A stretch of DNA of 64,000 nt from Myxococcota bacterium (GTDB taxonomy: Bacteria > Myxococcota_A > UBA9160 > SZUA-336), in NCBI GenBank assembly GCA_965247115.1, contig CBDFGR010000003.1, positions 128,001 to 192,000 on the forward strand. The letters are read 5' to 3'. Shown here in pieces: positions 40,144-48,912 of the stretch. The notes beneath the pieces are model-generated. The model was given only the letters and a program-made list of their open reading frames with translations. It searched no databases and had not been told where the DNA came from. The stretch's first letter is position 1; each line of letters opens with the position of its first letter. The position numbers and the translations under genes are program-made.

Positions 40144-40821
40144 GTGCTCCGCTCGACTTCCGTCTACGACCGAACGCGAGTGCTCAAGGCGGCGGCTCGC
40201 GCGCGCTCCAAGCGTCGTCGCAAGAAGGCGATCGCGCTCTACCGCTGGGTGCTCGCCGTCGAGCCGGGCAACGCGGAGATTCACGGCAAGCTCGCCCCCC
40301 TGCTCGCTCGCACCGGCCAGACCTTCGATGCCTGGGTGAGCTACCGTCGCGCCGCGCGAGGCCTGGCACGAGAGGGGTTGACGGAGAAGGCGCTGGGGAT
40401 CTACCGGGAGGCGGGGAGCTACCTGCCTCGGCAGCTCGAGACCTGGCTTGCCATCTTCGAGCTGGAGCGGCAGCGAGGCCGCGACGCCGACGCGAGAGAG
40501 GCCCTCCTCGAGGGTCGCCGGCGCTTCCGGGGCCGACGCTTTCGCCCGCAGGCGATCTACCTGCTCAGGCGCATGCGCACCGTCGATCCCTGGGAGCTCG
40601 AGACCGTCCTCGATCTCTCGCTGCTGCTCGCCAAGACCGGCCAGCGCCGCGAGGCGGAGATGCTGCTTCGGGAGATGGGGTCCCGCTGCAGGGGACGCCC
40701 GCTGCGGCGCGTGCGCACGGCCCAGTGGAGGATGAGTCCATCCATCGCCAACACCTGGCTGTGGCTGCACGCCATGTTCCAGACGGGCGGAAGGTCGGCG
40801 CCCGCCCGAGCCTCCCGCTAG
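40144..40821 (+). CDS. Basic TPR-like helical repeat protein
   Basis: KAIALYRWVLAVEPGN, KALGIYREA, QAIYLLRRM..VDPW repeats. Confidence 0.7.
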   Translation: MLRSTSVYDRTRVLKAAARARSKRRRKKAIALYRWVLAVEPGNAEIHGKLAPLLARTGQTFDAWVSYRRAARGLAREGLTEKALGIYREAGSYLPRQLETWLAIFELERQRGRDADAREALLEGRRRFRGRRFRPQAIYLLRRMRTVDPWELETVLDLSLLLAKTGQRREAEMLLREMGSRCRGRPLRRVRTAQWRMSPSIANTWLWLHAMFQTGGRSAPARASR

Positions 40822-40824
40822 CGA

Positions 40825-41142
40825 CTAGGGCTGCACGAGCGGGGTCGCGGATCTCTTCCACCCGCTGACCCGACAGCCGAGACAGCGTATGAAGGTCGCC
40901 TCTGCGGGACCCCTCACGAGCACGTCGAAGAACGAGGGATCCCGGCTGAAATAGGTGAACGGCAGCGTTACCGCATAGATAGCAGCCCCGACGAGAGTAA
41001 CGCCCAAGGTCGCGGGTCGGGTGAAAAGCGCGTCCCCGGCGTACACGACGTACTGCCTGATCGGCTGTCCGTACAGCTGGTCCGCCTGTGCCGGTGCGGC
41101 CAGGCAGGTCGCGAGTAGCGTGGCCACGAGAAGTCTGCCCAT
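40825..41142 (-). CDS. Small exported/membrane hypothetical protein
   Basis: Signal peptide (AQA), DALFTRP..G....TLPF, PAEATF.RCLG pattern; AGGAGG RBS. Confidence 0.75.
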   Translation of the reverse strand: MGRLLVATLLATCLAAPAQADQLYGQPIRQYVVYAGDALFTRPATLGVTLVGAAIYAVTLPFTYFSRDPSFFDVLVRGPAEATFIRCLGCRVSGWKRSATPLVQP

Positions 41143-41291
41143 CACAGTTCCTCCTTCCGCATTTTTCTCGAGCGTGAGTAGTGAGGGTATTATCCCTCGT
41201 TAGCTTGGACGCCGGCAAGAAGCATGATGGTGGGTGGGCACTGCTGCCGATACGATACGCAGCGCGGCACCACGCGCGGAGGGGCAGCGAG

Positions 41292-43199
41292 ATGAGCCAC
41301 CCCTGCAAGCGCCGCGACGCGGCGCGCGCAGCCAGGGCCGTTGGCCTCTGCGGAGGTGGAAGGAGCGCAGCCCTATGGGCAATGCTCCTCCTCTTGCTCT
41401 CCCCTGCGGCCTGGGCGGGCGAGACGCTTCTGGTCATGGATGTGTCCGAGAGCATGGCCACGACGTGTCCAGCGGGCGAGGACTCCCTGCTCTCACTCGC
41501 AATCGCGAGAGTCCGAGAACACCTGGACGCTCTGCCCCCGGGCGAAGCACAAGTGGGTCTGATCGCATTTGCCGCGGAGGCCGTGGTTCTTCAGCTGCCA
41601 ACGACGGACATCGGCGCCCTCCGGACACTCGTGGCCACCGCAACGCCAGTTCCAGAGACCGCTTCGCTGCTCGGGGCCCTGGTCACCGCGGCCCGCGTCC
41701 TGGAAGAACGCGGGACAGAGCAGGGTAGTCGGATCCTCGTTTTTAGCTCCGGTGGCACCGATGCTGGCGGGCCGCTCCTCGCGCTTCTCGCCTCGCTCCA
41801 CGCACGGGGCGTGTCGGTCGAGATCGAGCTACTCGAGCCGCGCCAGTCGAGCAGCGGTGAGGCGTGGGGGAGCGTCGACACCAGGGTTCGCGCAAGCGCG
41901 TGCGCCGGCGGCGAGCCGGCCGCGGCAGGCAGCCAGATGGAGGACTCGGTCCGCCGCACCGTCGCACGCCAGCTCGGGGTTCCCGCCGAGAGCCTGAGCC
42001 CCGGCACCGACCTCGTCGAGGACCTGGGGGTGGATCGCGCTACGGCGTTCGAGGTCCTGGCGCGCATCAGCGACGAGTACGAGGTGAGGGTTCCCGATTC
42101 CGGCGATCTCACCCGGATCGGTGCGATCGCGGACTACGTGGCCAGCGTCGAGGGCGCTGGCCTCCGAACCCGAGCTCCCAGCTCCGCGTACGTCCAGACC
42201 ATCCTCTACGGGACGAACCGCAAGCCCAAGCGTTCGTCAGATCCCGTCGATCTCTACTCCAGCGAACGCAGCCGTGTCGGCCAGCTCCACTACGGCGCGT
42301 GCGAGGTTTCGATCCCGCTGCGCGCGCACAAGCCGGGCTCTCTCGAGACGCCATTTCTCGACCTCGAGTACCTGGCCGATGGGAGGCAGCACATCTCGTT
42401 GAAGAAGGTGGAGCCGATGGACAAGGCCGGTTTCTTTCGAGGCCTGCGCTCCAAGCTGCATTCGGAGGACGTGAGCGAGGGCCCGCGGGCAGACGCCATG
42501 GTCTTCATTCCGGGCTTCAACACCACGTTCGGCAGCGTGGCGCGGAGGACCGCGCAGATGTCGTACGACCTCGGCTTCCGCGGTGCTCCGATCATGTTCT
42601 CCTGGCCGTCCGACGGGAGCGCCCTTGGTTACCTGCCCGATCGCGAAGACATCGAGTGGAGCGTGCCTCATATCGAGAGGTTCCTGACGGAGATCATCGA
42701 GGAGGGGAGCCCCCGAAGGCTGCATCTGATCGCGCACAGCATGGGCAACGAGGGCCTGCTCAGGGCCCTGATGCTCATCGCGACGCGCACGAACCCAGGA
42801 GACCCACCACTCTTCGAGAACGTCATCCTGGCCGCTCCGGACTTCGACGCGCAGATCTTCGCAGAGCAGACCGCACCGCGGGTCCGCGGTCTCGCCCGAC
42901 GCTGGACAGTGTACGTCTCCGACCAGGATGGCGCGCTCAACGTGTCGAGCAAGATTCGAAGTGCAAGGCGACTCGGTCTCCCCATCACGCTCACTGCAGG
43001 AGTGGACACCGTAGATGCTACGGGAGTCGAGGTGACACCCTGGAGTGTACCCGAGTTCCACTCCTACTACGCCACGAAGCAGCTTGTTATTGCCGACCTG
43101 ATCGGCGTGCTCGAGGGACTCGACCCGTCCAGCCGCCGGCTGTTCTCCCTGATGAGCGGCGAGCTCCCCTACTGGTCGTTCACGGAGGGGCTCCCGTAG
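41292..43199 (+). CDS. Putatively secreted vWA + ACP-like + DUF900 alpha/beta hydrolase fusion protein
   Basis: Signal peptide (SPAAWA), LVMDVSESM (MIDAS), ACP-like segment with DLGVDR, then GTNR, GFNTTF, FSWPS, AHSMG, AAPD. Start 41292 or 41382. Confidence 0.8.
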   Translation: MSHPCKRRDAARAARAVGLCGGGRSAALWAMLLLLLSPAAWAGETLLVMDVSESMATTCPAGEDSLLSLAIARVREHLDALPPGEAQVGLIAFAAEAVVLQLPTTDIGALRTLVATATPVPETASLLGALVTAARVLEERGTEQGSRILVFSSGGTDAGGPLLALLASLHARGVSVEIELLEPRQSSSGEAWGSVDTRVRASACAGGEPAAAGSQMEDSVRRTVARQLGVPAESLSPGTDLVEDLGVDRATAFEVLARISDEYEVRVPDSGDLTRIGAIADYVASVEGAGLRTRAPSSAYVQTILYGTNRKPKRSSDPVDLYSSERSRVGQLHYGACEVSIPLRAHKPGSLETPFLDLEYLADGRQHISLKKVEPMDKAGFFRGLRSKLHSEDVSEGPRADAMVFIPGFNTTFGSVARRTAQMSYDLGFRGAPIMFSWPSDGSALGYLPDREDIEWSVPHIERFLTEIIEEGSPRRLHLIAHSMGNEGLLRALMLIATRTNPGDPPLFENVILAAPDFDAQIFAEQTAPRVRGLARRWTVYVSDQDGALNVSSKIRSARRLGLPITLTAGVDTVDATGVEVTPWSVPEFHSYYATKQLVIADLIGVLEGLDPSSRRLFSLMSGELPYWSFTEGLP

Positions 43200-43202
43200 G
43201 AG

Positions 43203-43886
43203 CTACGATCCCTCGCCGATCCAGCGGTCCTGCCACCCCTCGTCGGGCTGCTTCTCCGCGAACTCCCAGCTCTGCGCGAAGCGTTCCCGGAACACCACGC
43301 TCTTTACCGGCTTGCGGCGTACGGGACCGTGCTTGTCGGAGGGATAGCCGATGGGAAGCAGGCTGAAGACCTGATTGCTCTCGGGAATATCCAGCATCTC
43401 CATCAGCTCGGTGACATGTCCCAGCGGCAGGTTGAAAACGGAGCCGCTGAGTCCCAGTGCTCGAGCCGCCAGCAGCAGGTTCTGGACCGCCGGGAAAGTG
43501 CTGCCGCCCGGGGTGGAGTGGCGCCCGCGCAAACCGCAGACCACGATCACGGCGGGGACCTGCGCAAGATGCTTGACGAGGTGCTCGACGCTACGCAGCG
43601 AGAGCCGGCGCGTCCGAGGAAGCGCGTCCATGAGCTCCGGCCGTTCGACGTACTCGGGCTGGTAGCGGGCCCAGCCCTCCTCCGCCCACGCCTGTAGGCT
43701 GCGCTTCACGGCCGGGTCGGTGACCACAACAAAGCGCCAGTCCTGTACGTTCTGACCGGATGGCGCTCGGATTGCCGCGTCGAACAGCTGGAAGAGCACC
43801 TCCTCGGGAATCGGATCGGGCCTGAACCTGCGCAGCGCGCGCATCGTGTACATGGTGCGAAAGAGATCGGGTCGTTCTGCGTTCAT
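43203..43886 (-). CDS. Nitroreductase family protein
   Basis: MRALRRF, APSGQNVQDWRFVVV, QNLLLAARALGL, PIGYP. Confidence 0.92.
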   Translation of the reverse strand: MNAERPDLFRTMYTMRALRRFRPDPIPEEVLFQLFDAAIRAPSGQNVQDWRFVVVTDPAVKRSLQAWAEEGWARYQPEYVERPELMDALPRTRRLSLRSVEHLVKHLAQVPAVIVVCGLRGRHSTPGGSTFPAVQNLLLAARALGLSGSVFNLPLGHVTELMEMLDIPESNQVFSLLPIGYPSDKHGPVRRKPVKSVVFRERFAQSWEFAEKQPDEGWQDRWIGEGS

Positions 43887-43952
43887 GTGCTTCGCTCCAG
43901 TGGCGGGCCGTAGAGCGGGCCAATGTACCATGGGCCTTCTGGGGCGAAGCCG

Positions 43953-44801
43953 ATGGCTACCCTATACTGGTATGGCCCCCGTCAGGAGGAGCAGATCAGT
44001 ACTCCCGAGGACAGAGGACCTGCGGACGAGAGCTCGCCGAGCGCCGGGAGCGAGCGACCAAGCTTCGCGCAGCGCAGAGAACGACCCCGAGAAGGCGGAG
44101 CGTGGATGCTGATCGTGGCCCTGGCGGCCGCCTTCCCGATCTACTGGGGCTACCAGCGCTTCATCGCCACCGACGACGCCCAGCAAAGCTCCAGCGCAGA
44201 GGAGGAGCGAGCTGACTTTCTCGCCGTTGCCGACGACTACGCTGCAAGCCTGTTCGCGGAGGGACGGTGGGAGGAAGCAGCCAAGGCGTACCGCGTGGTG
44301 CGAGAGAGATACCTCGAGGCCAACGACGGGGTCCACGACGAGTCCGCCGCAGCCCTCCTCTTCAACCAAGCCGCGAGCGAGCTGAACCGGGGCAGGAGCG
44401 ACGTCGCGCAGACGCTTCTGCTGGAGCTTCAAGTAGAGGCGCCGACGTATCGCCCGGAGGAGATCGCGGAGCTCGTCCGGGAGACGGCCGACCGAGCCCC
44501 GACCGATCGGTACGAGTACCTGACGGCACAGGCATCGTCGGCCTTTGACGAGGGCAACTGGACGCTAGCGGTACAGCGCTACCGGGAGCTCCTGGTCCAC
44601 CTGCGTTCGATGGGGTACTCCGAGACCGACGACCTGTTCTCGCAGGCCATGTTCGACCAGGCCATGGCGTACTCGAATGAAGGTCAGTACGTGGAGGCCG
44701 AACGGATCCTGAACGACCTCAAGGCAGGCAACCCGGACTACGACCCTGCTCGCATCGACGAGCAGCACCAGCGCGTCATCGCGCTTCTCCGGGACCAGTA
44801 A
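43953..44801 (+). CDS. Single-pass membrane-anchored TPR protein
   Basis: One TM segment then two duplicated TPR pairs (F.EG.W..A...YR / LFNQA and MFDQA). Confidence 0.72.
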   Translation: MATLYWYGPRQEEQISTPEDRGPADESSPSAGSERPSFAQRRERPREGGAWMLIVALAAAFPIYWGYQRFIATDDAQQSSSAEEERADFLAVADDYAASLFAEGRWEEAAKAYRVVRERYLEANDGVHDESAAALLFNQAASELNRGRSDVAQTLLLELQVEAPTYRPEEIAELVRETADRAPTDRYEYLTAQASSAFDEGNWTLAVQRYRELLVHLRSMGYSETDDLFSQAMFDQAMAYSNEGQYVEAERILNDLKAGNPDYDPARIDEQHQRVIALLRDQ

Positions 44802-45351
44802 ACCTTCGGCAGCGGAACACGAAGTCGGAGTGGCCGATCCGGAAGCGGTCGCCGTCCTGGAGGGGCTGCTCGGCTCCCTGCAAGAGACCGCGGAAGTAGG
44901 TGCCGTTCTTGCTCTCGAGGTCGCGGAGAAAGTACCGCTCGCCGGTCCGGATGATCGCAGCGTGGCGCCGGCTCACGGAGTCATCCTCGAGCGTCACCTC
45001 GACTCCAGGGTCGCGACCTACCACCGTCCTCGGGCCGGCTACGGTGAATTCGCGCCCGATCTCTCCGCCGCCGTAGACCATGAGAACCGCCTCCCGAGGC
45101 ACGGTTTCCAGCGCGGGGCCTGGGCGTTCTAGAGGAGCGGGGGCCTCAGGGGGACCGACGAAGAAGGTCGACTTCTCCAGCGCCACTCCGGAGTCGAACG
45201 CGGCCTTGCGCTGCTCCTCGCCGACGATCGCGCGCTCGGCGCTCTCCAGCTTCCTGTGGTTGCCGCGATCGCGCGCCTCGTCAGCAACGCCGTACAGGAA
45301 ATCCAGCGTCGCATCCGCAGCCGCGCGCCTCGCATCCACACTTTTGCCCAC
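44776..45351 (-). CDS. FHA domain protein
   Basis: VGRD, SVSRRHA, DLESKNGT, LQDGD.F.IG; start inferred as GTG 45351. Confidence 0.85.
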   Translation of the reverse strand: MGKSVDARRAAADATLDFLYGVADEARDRGNHRKLESAERAIVGEEQRKAAFDSGVALEKSTFFVGPPEAPAPLERPGPALETVPREAVLMVYGGGEIGREFTVAGPRTVVGRDPGVEVTLEDDSVSRRHAAIIRTGERYFLRDLESKNGTYFRGLLQGAEQPLQDGDRFRIGHSDFVFRCRRFTGPGEAR

Positions 45352-45385
45352 CCGTGAACCCCCCGGACAGCCGGTCGTCCGCACC

Positions 45386-45413
45386 GAATCGGCGGGGCCG
45401 CGCGTGAACTTTA
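45386..45413 (-). promoter_or_regulatory. Sigma28-like promoter TAAAG-N15-GCCGATTC
   Basis: Best match in the window to TAAAGTT...GCCGAT; upstream of the FHA gene. Confidence 0.65.
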
Positions 45414-45486
45414 GCCTGGGGGCTCCACCTTGACCCATAAGCCGCGCGCCGCGCCGCCGAGTCGCTTCCCGCCCGCAGCTCGCGTC

Positions 45487-45514
45487 TAAAGTCCGCGCTC
45501 GCCGTGACAGATAA
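45487..45514 (+). promoter_or_regulatory. Sigma28-like promoter TAAAG-N15-ACAGATAA
   Basis: Divergent partner site upstream of the PilZ gene. Confidence 0.45.
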
Positions 45515-45520
45515 GGGAGC

Positions 45521-45832
45521 ATGAACCCGGAGCGCAGCGCGAGTACCCGCCACGAGATCCCGGCACCCGTCGCGTACTGGGGTCCCGATCTCAGGGGCGA
45601 TGGCACGATCGCGAACATCTCCGCCTCCGGTGCCCTCATCGAGCGAGCGTCCTCTCCCGTCAGCAAAGGCACGCGCCTGGGCATCCTCGTGCGCTACTTT
45701 CCGGACGGCGCCGAGCACTGCTCGCTCGAACTCTCGTCGGAAGTCGTACGCACGACGGACGGCGGCTTCGCGGTGCAGTTTCAGAACCTCGGACCCGAAG
45801 CCCTCTTCCTTCTCTGCGGACTACTCGGCTAG
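45521..45832 (+). CDS. Stand-alone PilZ domain protein
   Basis: ERSASTR (R-rich motif), NISASGA, EVVR..GGFAVQF. Confidence 0.85.
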   Translation: MNPERSASTRHEIPAPVAYWGPDLRGDGTIANISASGALIERASSPVSKGTRLGILVRYFPDGAEHCSLELSSEVVRTTDGGFAVQFQNLGPEALFLLCGLLG

Positions 45833-45890
45833 CTTCCCCAAAGCTGCACGGGAGCTGCCGCCCCGGCCCCGGCCTCCGACTCCTTGCCCA

Positions 45891-46021
45891 GTCTTGCGGG
45901 ACCCGGCGCGCTAGCGGTCGCGCGCCGCCCGCCTCCGCTCAGGGCTTTGCCCTTCGCTGCGCGCGCCGCTTTCGCGGCGCTTGCAGGGTTACCCCGCCTC
46001 TACCTGCGGGTCCCGCAAGAC
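45891..46021 (+). mobile_element. 131-bp MITE-like unit: repeat copy bounded by perfect 14-bp terminal inverted repeats
   Basis: GTCTTGCGGGACCC (45891-45904) ... GGGTCCCGCAAGAC (46008-46021); no obvious target-site duplication. Confidence 0.65.
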
Positions 46022-46080
46022 CTGACGTGGTAGGCTAAGCTCCATCGCACGTCACGTCTGGTGACGGCGCCGCCCCCGAC

Positions 46081-48558
46081 ATGGTCCGCCTACTGCAACA
46101 CGCATATCACGGGCTCTTTCTGACACGCCCGCAGACTGCTCTCACGCTCCTACTTCTGCTTCTCGCCTTCTTCTCGTACCACGCGAAGGACTTCCGGCTC
46201 GACGCCTCGGCCGACTCGCTCCTGCTGGAGAACGACAAGGATCTTCAGCTGTTCCGCGAGGTCAGCGCGCGCTACGACACCCGAGATTTCCTGGTCGTCA
46301 CCTTCACGCCCCCCGGCGACCTGTTCTCCGACGAATCCCTGTCCCTTCTCCAACGGGTTCGCGACGAGCTGCGTTCGCTCGAAGGCGTGGATTCCGTCCT
46401 GAGCATCCTGGACGTACCGCTGGTCAGGAGCTCCGACGTTCCCCTGCTACAGATGGCTGAGTCTGTCCAGACTCTGGAGACTCCCACAGTCGACCGCGCG
46501 CGGGCCCGCGATGAGCTCGTCAACAGCCCGGTCTACCGAGATCAACTGATCAGCCCGGACATGCAGACCTCGGGGCTGCTGATCAGCCTGGAGAAAGACC
46601 AGCGCCTCTCCACCCTCCAGGAGGCGCGCAACAGGCTGTTCATGAGACAGGGATCCGGGCAGCTGAGCGACGCCGACCGGCGGGAGCTGAAGGCAGTATC
46701 GGTCGCGTACAAAGCGGAGCGGGAGACGTTCAACGAGAGGCGCCATGGGGAAATCGCGCAGGTGCGAGCGGTGCTCAGCGGGTACCGCGGGCTCGTCCGT
46801 CTACACCTTGGCGGGGTGCCCATGATCGCGGACGACATGATCACCTTCGTACGGAACGACCTGATCACGTTCGGAACAGGCGTCCTCGTCTTCCTGATCG
46901 TCGTGCTGACCGTGATCTTCCGCCAGACTCGGTGGGTGGTTCTGCCCTTGCTGAGCTGCTTCTACGCTGGCATGACCATGATCGGGCTCCTCGGGCTGAT
47001 CGGTTGGGAAGTCACCGTCATCTCTTCGAACTTCCTGTCGCTGATGCTGATTATCACGATCTCCATGAACATCCACCTCGCGGTCCGATACAGACAGCTG
47101 TACGGCGACTTGCCGGAAGCCAGTCACCTCGAGCTGGTCTCCCTGACACTGCGACGGATGGTCTGGCCGTGCCTCTACACCGCGCTCACGACCATCATCG
47201 GGTTCAGCTCGCTTGTGTTCAGCAACATAAAGCCCGTGCAGGACTTCGGCTGGATGATGAGCGTCGGATTGGCAGTGGCTTTCCTGACCTGCTTCTCGCT
47301 GTTTCCCACGGTGCTGATGTTGCTCGGGAAGCCGCGGTCCGGCGTTCGCCAGCAGAAAGATCTGCGGGTCACCAGCAGGCTTGCCGCCTTCACAGAACGC
47401 CGCGGGAATGTCGTGCTGGTGGCTGCAGTCGTCATGATGATCGTCAGCGGGATCGGGATCTCGCGACTTACCGTCGAGAACAGCTTCATCAACTACTTCC
47501 GGACCGATACCGAGATCTACCAGGGCATGAAGCTCATCGACGAGAAGCTCGGGGGAACCACCCCGCTGGAGGTCCTGCTCAACCTTGATAGCGCGCCAAA
47601 AGAGGAGGAGGTGGCGGAGCTGGAGGAGCTGGACGAAGAGGACTTCGAAGACTGGGATATCGACGTGGCTGCCGCACCGGCGTACTGGTTCACTCCCCTC
47701 CGGATCGAGCGGATCAAGCAGGTCCACGACTACCTGGACGGGCTGCCTGAGGTCGGCAAGGTCCTGTCCCTCGCGTCTGTCATCCGCGTCGCAGAGGAGC
47801 TGAACGACGGCAAGGAACTCGACGGCCTCGAGCTCTCCCTGCTCTACCAGCGCTTGCCCGAGGAGGTCAAAGGGTCCCTCGTCGATCCGTACTTCTCCTT
47901 CGAGCACAACGAAGCGCGCATACAGGTCCGGATCCTGGACTCCAGGGAAGACCTGCGCCGACAGGAGCTGCTGGAACGGATCCGCGACGATCTCCACGGT
48001 CGACTGGACCTGGCTCCGGAGGACGTCACCGTGACCGGCATGCTCGTTCTCTACAACAACATGCTCCAGAGCCTGTACACGTCGCAGATCTCGACCCTGG
48101 GGGCAGTCATGGTCGGCATTGCGATCATGTTCCTCCTCCTCTTCCGGTCGGCCCTGCTCGCCGTCATCGGCATCATCCCCAACGTGCTCGCCGCCACCAC
48201 CGTCCTCGGACTGATGGGGCTTGCCGGGATTCCACTGGACATGATGACCATCACGATCGCCGCGATCACGATCGGCATCGCGGTCGATAATGCCATCCAC
48301 TACATCTACCGCTTCCGCGAGGAGTTCCCCCAGCAGCCCGGCTACGCGGAGACCCTGCGCGTCTGTCACTCGAACATCGGGAGGGCGGTGCTCTACACGT
48401 CGACGACGATCATCTTCGGCTTCTCGATCCTCATGCTCTCGAACTTCCTTCCGACCATCTACTTCGGCGCCTTGACGGGACTCGCGATGTTCATCGGACT
48501 CCTGGCATCGCTCACGCTTCTGCCACGACTTCTGCTGCTGTGGAAGCCTTTCGCCTAG
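46081..48558 (+). CDS. MMPL/RND superfamily lipid exporter
   Basis: Two repeats of TM1 + periplasmic loop + 5 TM; LTTIIGFSSL, GIAVDNAIH, GRAVLYTS motifs. Confidence 0.9.
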   Translation: MVRLLQHAYHGLFLTRPQTALTLLLLLLAFFSYHAKDFRLDASADSLLLENDKDLQLFREVSARYDTRDFLVVTFTPPGDLFSDESLSLLQRVRDELRSLEGVDSVLSILDVPLVRSSDVPLLQMAESVQTLETPTVDRARARDELVNSPVYRDQLISPDMQTSGLLISLEKDQRLSTLQEARNRLFMRQGSGQLSDADRRELKAVSVAYKAERETFNERRHGEIAQVRAVLSGYRGLVRLHLGGVPMIADDMITFVRNDLITFGTGVLVFLIVVLTVIFRQTRWVVLPLLSCFYAGMTMIGLLGLIGWEVTVISSNFLSLMLIITISMNIHLAVRYRQLYGDLPEASHLELVSLTLRRMVWPCLYTALTTIIGFSSLVFSNIKPVQDFGWMMSVGLAVAFLTCFSLFPTVLMLLGKPRSGVRQQKDLRVTSRLAAFTERRGNVVLVAAVVMMIVSGIGISRLTVENSFINYFRTDTEIYQGMKLIDEKLGGTTPLEVLLNLDSAPKEEEVAELEELDEEDFEDWDIDVAAAPAYWFTPLRIERIKQVHDYLDGLPEVGKVLSLASVIRVAEELNDGKELDGLELSLLYQRLPEEVKGSLVDPYFSFEHNEARIQVRILDSREDLRRQELLERIRDDLHGRLDLAPEDVTVTGMLVLYNNMLQSLYTSQISTLGAVMVGIAIMFLLLFRSALLAVIGIIPNVLAATTVLGLMGLAGIPLDMMTITIAAITIGIAVDNAIHYIYRFREEFPQQPGYAETLRVCHSNIGRAVLYTSTTIIFGFSILMLSNFLPTIYFGALTGLAMFIGLLASLTLLPRLLLLWKPFA

Positions 48559-48671
48559 CGAATCCCGCACAATGGCCTGACTCCAAGGCCAGATGGCAGG
48601 CTTTTGGGGTGAAGAAGATGCGGGGCAAGCGCTGCGAACAGTCGGTCGGCCCCCGGGGAGGGGCAACCGTC

Positions 48672-48746
48672 TGGAGCGGGAGACGGGGATTGAACCCGCG
48701 ACCCATAGCTTGGGAAGCTATTGCTCTACCACTGAGCTACTCCCGC
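48672..48746 (-). tRNA. tRNA-Gly (CCC)
   Basis: GCGGGAG acceptor stem, TAGCTCAGTGGTAGAGC D arm, ATAGC-TTCCCAA-GCTAT anticodon arm, GGTTCAATCC T arm, encoded CCA. Confidence 0.97.
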
Positions 48747-48787
48747 CCGCCACCCGAGCTTAGCACCTCTCTCGAGGCTCCTCCCAG

Positions 48788-48879
48788 TTCTTGTGGGACC
48801 CGGCCGCGGGCGGCCGCGGCCACCCACTCTTCGCGCAGGCCTGGGCCTTCGCTGCACGCGCCGCGTACGCCGCGCTGGC
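48788..48879 (+). repeat. Copy of the ~95-bp structured repeat
   Basis: TCTTGTGGGACCCGGCCGCGG-GCGG-CCGCGGCCACCCACTCTTCG...CCTTCGCTGCACGCGCCGCG. Confidence 0.85.
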
Positions 48880-48912
48880 TGGTTGCCTGGTCGTTGCGCG
48901 TCCGTCCCGCGA

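Noticed and set aside
41937..42147. PKS/NRPS cluster implied by the ACP-like domain
   Set aside because: No KS, A, C or PPTase genes nearby, and the phosphopantetheine serine is absent.
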